DNA of 64,000 nt, from NCBI GenBank assembly GCA_964554185.1, contig CAZKNJ010000003.1:2968-66967 (forward strand), read 5' to 3'. This DNA is from an uncultured Planctomycetales bacterium. GTDB taxonomy: Bacteria > 4484-113. Below the pieces are notes generated by a model. The model was not told the origin of the DNA and did not search any database. It saw nothing but the letters and a program-made list of their open reading frames with translations. Numbering within the stretch: the first letter of the stretch is position 1; every line of letters begins with the position of its first letter. Positions 25,394-32,134 of the stretch are shown in pieces. Position numbers and translations under genes: made by a program.

Positions 25394-27281
25394 GCTCAAT
25401 CCCGCTGTCCTGGACGCATGGGTGGAGAATACCCGCCAATTTCGGCAAGGCTACCAGCCGGGCTACTCGCTCGACGAGGTGAAAGAATCTGCGTACTTCG
25501 CCAGACGAAAGCTGAGCGCATTTTCGCGGAGGCGCAACCTTGCCATTGCCGCCGTCGCTGCAGTATTACTGGCTGGCGTCTGGATCATCGGCGCGCTTTC
25601 CGAGAGCAACGAGACTCCCGCTCCCGGAAGCTTCTGGGACCGTGCGGGTGGTGGTTTCACCAGTGGTTATGCTGCAATCGGCAATTGGTTCGGTGCCGCG
25701 CTGGAAGTCGGTCAGAAGGAGTATGAGAAGCGCGTAACCGAGGTCTTCCTCAACAAACTCATGACGATGGTCCTGCCGGATGATATCGCAGATAGCATCG
25801 GCAGCTTCGTGGATGAGATAACTGAACCGCTTGACTTGGGGCGCGCCCGTGGGATGGTTGGTGGATTTTCGCAGCAGCCGGGAATTACGGAATACTACCA
25901 GGATATGGTTCAGTTTGGCTGGAGGCCCATCCGCAGCCAGTTGAAGAGCATTGAGGGCTTGCCGCTGGATTCACCGGTGAAGCCTTATGAGCAACTGACT
26001 TCGCGTGAGCGGGCGTTGCTGAGCCCCACTTACACCTATCAACGCTATATGGGCGACAACGGCTCACCGGGCTCCGATATGCTCCCCTTCCGGTTGGCGT
26101 TTCTGTGCACCAACGACCAGCGGGTGGATGAGCGCCTGGACGAACTGGATGCACGCGCTTATGCGCGCAGGCTAATTGGCTCCGAAGGATACTTGGGAAT
26201 GATAGAGGCGCGGCGGGCCTTCTCCCGGGAGGAGGGCGACCGCTGGTTGGCGAAGAATTTCCTGGTGCGGGTAGCCTCTCCCGTCAGCGGCCGGGTCTTT
26301 GAGCCCGACCACCCTGAGTTTTCGCGCGGCAACGGCTACATCAAACGCATAACTGACCAATCTTCAGTACAGCAGCTGGAGAAGGCGGTGATGGATGCCG
26401 GCGTAGTGGAGCTGGATAATATTTACGTGCAGGCGTCCCCCGGCCACGATTGGTCGGCGCTAAAGCAGATTGAGTGGTTCTACTTCAGGGTATTCGGCGA
26501 GGATAGTGTCATAGCGGAAGGTATCATCCCGGTGGACAGCGTGAGCTTCCCCGCTAGCGCTCTGCACACGGAGGATTTCTCCGAGAGGACATTACGCCGC
26601 TTTCGGGAGAGACTTGCCGAGGCGCGCAAACCCGCGTTGGATTATGAGGAGTGGCTGCACGCGCAGACGACTGCCGAGCTGGGGGTCTATGCGGCTGGGC
26701 TCTTGCGGAACACCAGGCTGAACGACGCGCTGAGGATTCCCCTGGACACCTCCGGCGCCAGCAACGATGAGCTGAACGCCGTCAGACGCGGCAATGTGCG
26801 CGGCCTCAAGTCCGATAGCATCTCTGGGCTTCCGCTGGACGACCCGCTGCCTGCGCCGTCAGACTTGATGCAGGACGAGCGCGTGCTGATCGCGACCGCC
26901 TTGAACGGCGACAACTCGGCGCTTAGCTGGTTCAGAGCCACAGGCGCCACAGCCATTTCATCAGTTGCGGACTGGATGCCATACTCCTTCAGTCGCGACC
27001 AGCTAAGGCAGCTGCTGAGGTCTGACAGCGTACAGGGGGGGGGATCGCTGAAGGAATACCTGAGGAAGATCCCGCCGCCTTACGCCTCCGGCACGCCTTA
27101 CGACTTCTTCCTCCCCATCTACCGCGACTTTGAGCCCTACCAGGGGTATTTTGAGCGCATCGTGGAGCCGGAGGCGTTCGCCAAGGTGGAGCGGGCCGCC
27201 GGGCACCCGGTGAAGGACGCTATCTACTTCCGCCTCTACGGCGCCGAGCGCGTCATCGCCGAAGGCGTCTGGGCGGAGTAG
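25386..27281 (+). CDS. membrane-anchored EPWH-GNGY module protein (paralog C); putative cognate anti-sigma factor
   Basis: Its start overlaps the sigma-factor stop (ATGAGTGA). About 50-aa cytoplasmic N-terminus, one TM (LAIAAVAAVLLAGVWIIGAL), then a 560-aa outside domain. Module 1 is VFEPDHPEFSRGNGYIKRI...WFYFRVFGEDSVIAEGI. Degenerate module 2 is FEPYQGYFERI...IYFRLYGAERVIAEGV. Confidence 0.6.
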   Translation: MSELNPAVLDAWVENTRQFRQGYQPGYSLDEVKESAYFARRKLSAFSRRRNLAIAAVAAVLLAGVWIIGALSESNETPAPGSFWDRAGGGFTSGYAAIGNWFGAALEVGQKEYEKRVTEVFLNKLMTMVLPDDIADSIGSFVDEITEPLDLGRARGMVGGFSQQPGITEYYQDMVQFGWRPIRSQLKSIEGLPLDSPVKPYEQLTSRERALLSPTYTYQRYMGDNGSPGSDMLPFRLAFLCTNDQRVDERLDELDARAYARRLIGSEGYLGMIEARRAFSREEGDRWLAKNFLVRVASPVSGRVFEPDHPEFSRGNGYIKRITDQSSVQQLEKAVMDAGVVELDNIYVQASPGHDWSALKQIEWFYFRVFGEDSVIAEGIIPVDSVSFPASALHTEDFSERTLRRFRERLAEARKPALDYEEWLHAQTTAELGVYAAGLLRNTRLNDALRIPLDTSGASNDELNAVRRGNVRGLKSDSISGLPLDDPLPAPSDLMQDERVLIATALNGDNSALSWFRATGATAISSVADWMPYSFSRDQLRQLLRSDSVQGGGSLKEYLRKIPPPYASGTPYDFFLPIYRDFEPYQGYFERIVEPEAFAKVERAAGHPVKDAIYFRLYGAERVIAEGVWAE

Positions 27282-27311
27282 GGTGCCATCCAGCCGCCGC
27301 CAGCCCTAATC

Positions 27312-27320
27312 TGGTAGAAT
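27312..27320 (+). promoter_or_regulatory. extended -10 TGgTAGAAT 12 nt upstream of the phoH-like TTG start (near-leaderless)
   Basis: cTGgTAGAATcatagttcacgc then TTG at 27333. No SD. Confidence 0.4.
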
Positions 27321-27332
27321 CATAGTTCACGC

Positions 27333-28349
27333 TTGGTAGCCGATGACTTCGACAACCGGGAAGCGCGCGAGGAGGGCCTCGCGAGCGAAACCATCAGCCT
27401 GCGGGGCAACCGGGAGCTGAAGGAGCTCCTGGGGGACTTTGATTGCCACCTGCGCCGCCTGCGCTCGGATCTGGGCGTCAAGCTCTACACCAAGGGCCAG
27501 GCGGTTCACATTGTGGGCGCGCCCGAGGACGTGCGCCGCGCCTACAGCGTCATCCACGACCTGCTGCGCATTGTGCGCCGCGAGGGGGAACTGAAGGAAC
27601 AGGACGTTGACGAACGGCTGGCGCAGGAGATGGAGGAGATGCAGCAGGGCGTGCCGGTCAAGGGCAACGAGCTGCTGCCGATGGTGCCCAACGTCAATCC
27701 GCGCACCCCCGGCCAGGAAGAGTACCTTCGCGCCATCGCCGAAAACGACGTGACGCTGTGCTTCGGCCCGGCCGGCACCGGCAAGACCTTCCTCAGCGTC
27801 GCCGCCGCCATTTCGCACTTCAAGCGCGGAATGGTGAACCGGCTGGTGCTCACGCGGCCGGCGGTGGAGGCGGGCGAATCGCTGGGCTTCCTGCCCGGCA
27901 CGCTGGTGGAGAAGGTCAATCCTTACCTCGTCCCGCTGTTTGACGCGCTCAACGACATCCTCGGCTTTGACCGCGCGCGCAAGATGATTGAGCGCGGGGT
28001 GGTGGAAGTCGCGCCGCTGGCGTTCATGCGTGGCCGCAGCCTCAACCACAGCTTCATCATCCTGGACGAGGCGCAGAACACCACTTATCCCCAGATGAAG
28101 ATGTTCCTCACGCGCATGGGGCGGGGGAGCCGCGCGGTGGTCACCGGCGACATCACCCAGATTGACCTGGCGAAGCGCGAGGATTCGGGCTTCGTCTCGG
28201 CGCTGCGCGTGCTGAAGGAGTTCGGCCCCGGCGTCACTACGATTGAGCTGAAGCACTCCGATGTGGTGCGCAACCCGATAGTGCAGCGCATCATTAACGC
28301 CTACGACTGCTTTGAAGGGAAGGAGCGCGACCCGGGAGGCGCGGAGTGA
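27333..28349 (+). CDS. PhoH-like ATPase (YbeZ type)
   Basis: Full-length alignment to the YbeZ architecture. Walker A GPAGTGKTFLSVAAA. LTRPAVEAGESLGFLPG. FIILDEAQNTT. The start must be TTG because no in-frame ATG exists for about 100 codons. Confidence 0.85.
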   Translation: MVADDFDNREAREEGLASETISLRGNRELKELLGDFDCHLRRLRSDLGVKLYTKGQAVHIVGAPEDVRRAYSVIHDLLRIVRREGELKEQDVDERLAQEMEEMQQGVPVKGNELLPMVPNVNPRTPGQEEYLRAIAENDVTLCFGPAGTGKTFLSVAAAISHFKRGMVNRLVLTRPAVEAGESLGFLPGTLVEKVNPYLVPLFDALNDILGFDRARKMIERGVVEVAPLAFMRGRSLNHSFIILDEAQNTTYPQMKMFLTRMGRGSRAVVTGDITQIDLAKREDSGFVSALRVLKEFGPGVTTIELKHSDVVRNPIVQRIINAYDCFEGKERDPGGAE

Positions 28350-30397
28350 TGGCGGAGGAACGCAACAATCGGGCCGGCCGCCGCAAGTGGAAGCCGCCTT
28401 TGGCGCTGACGCAGCTTGCGGGCGCGCTGGTCTTCTTCGCTTTCACCCTCGGCCTGCTGTACGTGCACATGATCCTGTTCCCCGTGCGCCTGGTGCCGGG
28501 GCAGGTGGTTGCTTTTGACATCAAGTCGCCGATGGACACCACCTATGTGGACTCCGCCGAGCTGTCCGCCCTGCGCAAGGGCGGCAAGGCCAGCATCCTG
28601 GATCCCAGCGTGGCCGAGCGGGCGTTGCTGAATATGAGCAACTTCTTCGCCGGCCTGCACCGGGCGCGGCTGGCGGGCGGCGACGCCAACCAGCAGGTGG
28701 AGAAGCTCTCCGGGGACTATGGAGTCCCATCGCAGTTTGTGGCGGAGCTCATCACCTTCTCGGAAGATGAGCTGGACGACGTGCAGAACTACGCGCGTGA
28801 AGTGCTCACCAGCTTCATGCAGACCACGCTGGCGAAAGACGAAATCAGCCAGCTTCAGAACTCCTCAATGGAGTCCATGTCGCTGACCATGCCGGAGAAG
28901 GTGGCGGTGTTCTTCCTGGAGCAGAACATCGTTGAAGCGCCTGATATTCCCGAGGTGGAGAAGCACATCAAGAAGCTGGTCACGCACTCGATTGCTAAGG
29001 GAGAGATAATCCTCGCGGCCGGCGGGATGGTTGACAGCGTGGTGCTGGACAAGCTGGAGGCGGTGGAAAGCGGCCTGTACAAGCAGCGCCACTACAACTT
29101 TGCGGGAATGGCAGTGCTGCTGCTGCTGCTGATGTTGGTATGGTACGCCCACCTACGCTACTACAAGCAACAGATATTCCGCAATCCCGCGCTGTGGGGC
29201 CAGCTCACAGCGATTTTCTTTGTCAGCCTGCTGCTGTCGCTGGCGGTTGGCCGGATGCCGTTCCGTTACGTGTACTATTGCGTGCCTCTCGCAATTGCCG
29301 CCGCGGTGATTGTGCTGGTAACGATGTACGACGCTATCCTGGCGCTGTACTTTGGCATCGGTCTGGCGCTGATAGCCTCCCTGGCGCTCAATTTCAACAG
29401 CAATCTCGCAGCCTACCTGCTGGTCTCCAGCACCTATCCCGTGGTTTTCCTTCATCGCCGATCCACGCCGCGCCATCTAGCGGTTTTCGGCTTCAACCTC
29501 GGGCTGGCGAACCTGGCGCTGGTGCTGGTGGTGATACTTGTATCGGTGGAGACTTTCTCCTGGTGGGCGATTGGATATGCTTTCTTCACCGGCGTGGCGG
29601 CGGCGGTGCTAGCGCTGGGCATCACCCCCATTCTGGAGATGCTCTCGGCGCAATTGACGCCGAGCAAGCTTCAGGCGCTGCTCAACCCGGAGAATCCGAT
29701 GCTCAAGCGGCTGCTGGAGGAGGCTCCCGGCACCTACTTCCACTCAATGGTAATGGCGTCAATGGCGGAGGAGGCCTGCAACGAAATCGGTGCCAACGGC
29801 CTGCTGGCGAAAGTGGGCTGTATGTACCACGACATCGGCAAGCTCAAGCGCCCGGGCTTCTTCGCCGAGAACATCAGTGACCTCAGCAAGAATCCGCACC
29901 AGCACTTGCCGCCGGAGAGCAGCTTCAACATCATCGCCCAGCACATCACCGATGGCCTGGAGCTTGGCCGCAAGGCCGGCCTGCCGTCAGAGGTGCTCGC
30001 ATTCATCCCCGAGCATCACGGCACAACCATCGTGAAGTACTTTTACGAGGAGGCGCGGAAGCGGGCCGAGGCGGACGGCGCATCAGTGGATGAGGATGAT
30101 TTCCGCTACCACGGGCCCAATCCACATGGGCGCGAGACGGCGGTGGTGATGCTGGCGGACACCTGCGAGGCTAAGGTGCGGGCGATGGAGTCTTTCACCG
30201 AACAGGAAGTCTCCGAGACCGTGATGGAGGTGGTTGATTCCAAGGTGAAAGGCGGATACTTGAATGAATCCGGCCTGACCGTTGGCGACATCAACCGGAT
30301 TGCGGGAGCGTTTACGCGCGTCTTGGTGAACCTGCACCACGCCCGGCTGAAATATCCCGAGCAGAACGACACCGGGGTGGCCTCCGTCAGTGATTAG
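28346..30397 (+). CDS. 7TM receptor with intracellular HD hydrolase domain (PgpH/YqfF-like)
   Basis: 683 aa. Extracellular N-terminal domain, a 7-TM block, and HD domain HSMVMASMAEE...YHDIGKLKRP...HHGTT. Overlaps the phoH-like stop. Confidence 0.8.
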   Translation: MMAEERNNRAGRRKWKPPLALTQLAGALVFFAFTLGLLYVHMILFPVRLVPGQVVAFDIKSPMDTTYVDSAELSALRKGGKASILDPSVAERALLNMSNFFAGLHRARLAGGDANQQVEKLSGDYGVPSQFVAELITFSEDELDDVQNYAREVLTSFMQTTLAKDEISQLQNSSMESMSLTMPEKVAVFFLEQNIVEAPDIPEVEKHIKKLVTHSIAKGEIILAAGGMVDSVVLDKLEAVESGLYKQRHYNFAGMAVLLLLLMLVWYAHLRYYKQQIFRNPALWGQLTAIFFVSLLLSLAVGRMPFRYVYYCVPLAIAAAVIVLVTMYDAILALYFGIGLALIASLALNFNSNLAAYLLVSSTYPVVFLHRRSTPRHLAVFGFNLGLANLALVLVVILVSVETFSWWAIGYAFFTGVAAAVLALGITPILEMLSAQLTPSKLQALLNPENPMLKRLLEEAPGTYFHSMVMASMAEEACNEIGANGLLAKVGCMYHDIGKLKRPGFFAENISDLSKNPHQHLPPESSFNIIAQHITDGLELGRKAGLPSEVLAFIPEHHGTTIVKYFYEEARKRAEADGASVDEDDFRYHGPNPHGRETAVVMLADTCEAKVRAMESFTEQEVSETVMEVVDSKVKGGYLNESGLTVGDINRIAGAFTRVLVNLHHARLKYPEQNDTGVASVSD

Positions 30398-30469
30398 CGG
30401 CTCGCGCGGAATGGTTTTCCGGTTTATTGGAACTTACGCCGCATCCCGAAGTCTGTATTAACACCTGAA

Positions 30470-31519
30470 ATGGTTGCGCCCCGCCAAAACAAGCGCAAGG
30501 AGCCCAAGGCCAAGCCCTCGGTGCTGGTCGGGCTGATTTCGCTCGCAGCTGTCGTCGGCATCGCTGCAGCCGTGTCGGCGTTGCTGACCGGCGGCATGAG
30601 CGATATCCCGGGCCAGGCGCAAACCGCCGTGCAGGATGCGAGTGCGGCAGTTGAGGCTGGCGGCAAAGGCGGGGAACGCAAGCTAAACCGGCAGGCGGTT
30701 ATTGCCGCCAGGGTGTCCTCCATGCTGTCGGAGCTCACGCTTGAACGTGAGCGTCTGGCGGAGTTCAGCACGATGGAGGAAGTCAGCCGCGCGATGCCGA
30801 CCAAGTTCTACCCCTCGCGGGAACGAATCAGGACAGCTCAGCGCGGCTTCTATGAGGGAGTTGCCCAGAGACTCGGGCACATCGCCGGCGAGCCGCTTAC
30901 TGACCCCGTGAAGCCCTATTCGGAGCTGTCGCGGCGGGAGAAGCTGCTTCTTTTCTCCGACTGGGCGGGGACCGACTACATTGACCAGCCGGTGTACGTG
31001 GCATTGATGGCGCGCATGAATATGGCAGACATCAGCTTCGTGCCGGACTTCCATACCTTTGCCTCGCTCTGGACCGAAGCCGATCTGGAGAACCTGGCAG
31101 CCATCCGTGAAGCCTCCGGGGGCGACCACGGCAAGATGCAGATGTTGATTGCCGATGAATGGCTGCCGCTGTTCGTAAGCCCGGTGTCGTATACCTGCTT
31201 TGAGCCCTGGCACAGCGAGTGGGCCGCCGGCCACGGCTTCATCGTAGAGATTGCTGACAAGGGAGAGCGCCAGCGGCTGGTGGAGGCAATCGTCTCAACT
31301 CAGATTGAGATGAGGAGTGCCGCCATTGGCCCGAGTGACGTGGACCGTATGCTGAAAGGGGAGAGTACTGCCAGCCCCGGACCGCAGGAGAGCAGCTATA
31401 ACTATGCGAAGTTCTACTACTACCGCATATACGGCGAGCATGAAGGCTCAGTCATCGCCGAGGGAATCTACCAGATGGACAGCTACGACTGGGTGCAGCG
31501 CCGCTGGACCCGCAACTAG
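30470..31519 (+). CDS. membrane-anchored EPWH-GNGY module protein, paralog D
   Basis: Single N-terminal TM VLVGLISLAAVVGIAAAVSALL. Contains PVKPYSELSRREKLLLF, then CFEPWHSEWAAGHGFIVEI, then FYYYRIYGEHEGSVIAEGI. Confidence 0.6.
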   Translation: MVAPRQNKRKEPKAKPSVLVGLISLAAVVGIAAAVSALLTGGMSDIPGQAQTAVQDASAAVEAGGKGGERKLNRQAVIAARVSSMLSELTLERERLAEFSTMEEVSRAMPTKFYPSRERIRTAQRGFYEGVAQRLGHIAGEPLTDPVKPYSELSRREKLLLFSDWAGTDYIDQPVYVALMARMNMADISFVPDFHTFASLWTEADLENLAAIREASGGDHGKMQMLIADEWLPLFVSPVSYTCFEPWHSEWAAGHGFIVEIADKGERQRLVEAIVSTQIEMRSAAIGPSDVDRMLKGESTASPGPQESSYNYAKFYYYRIYGEHEGSVIAEGIYQMDSYDWVQRRWTRN

Positions 31520-32133
31520 CCCGCCTCCTCGGGATTCCATTTCCACCTTTCTGTGGTCTCAAGGCCGCAGTGCTGCATGATTCGTTCAACCAGCGCGTCG
31601 TTCACATCTTCCAGAGTCCGAGGCTTGTAGTAGTAGCCGATCACCGGTGGCAGCACTACCGCTCCCGCATGCGTGACCCGCAGCATGTTCTCCAGGTGAA
31701 TCGTCGACAGCGGCGTCTCCCGCGCTGCGAGAACGAGCTTGCGCCTTTCCTTCAGTGCAACATCGGCGCACCGCGTTATAAGGCAGTTTGAGTATCCTGC
31801 CGCAATACGCGCGAGCATCCCCATGGAGCAGGGGCAGACAACCATCGCGTCCCAGCTGCAACTGCCGGAGGCGATGAGGCCGAACAGGTCGCCGGGCTCA
31901 TACTGGTGAACCTCCGCGGCCAGAGCGGTTCCCGCGGACTGCATGTCGGCGATCACCGCTTCCAGGCGCGGCTCAACGCCGGTTTCCTGGCGAAAGATCC
32001 TTGAGCCGGTGGGAGAGAACACGAGGTGCAGCGTCAAGTCGCAGGTAAACAGCCGGTGCAGCAGCCGTAGCGCGAGCGGGCCGCAGCTTGCGCCACTCAC
32101 GGCGCAAACAACCGCATGCTTGCCACTTTGCAT
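31516..32133 (-). CDS. ubiX: UbiX/Pad1-family flavin prenyltransferase
   Basis: 205 aa. Aligns along its length with E. coli UbiX (AVSGASCGPLALRLL...VVCPCSMGMLARIA...ADVALKERRKLVLAARETPL). Confidence 0.85.
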   Translation of the reverse strand: MQSGKHAVVCAVSGASCGPLALRLLHRLFTCDLTLHLVFSPTGSRIFRQETGVEPRLEAVIADMQSAGTALAAEVHQYEPGDLFGLIASGSCSWDAMVVCPCSMGMLARIAAGYSNCLITRCADVALKERRKLVLAARETPLSTIHLENMLRVTHAGAVVLPPVIGYYYKPRTLEDVNDALVERIMQHCGLETTERWKWNPEEAG

Positions 32134-32134
32134 C

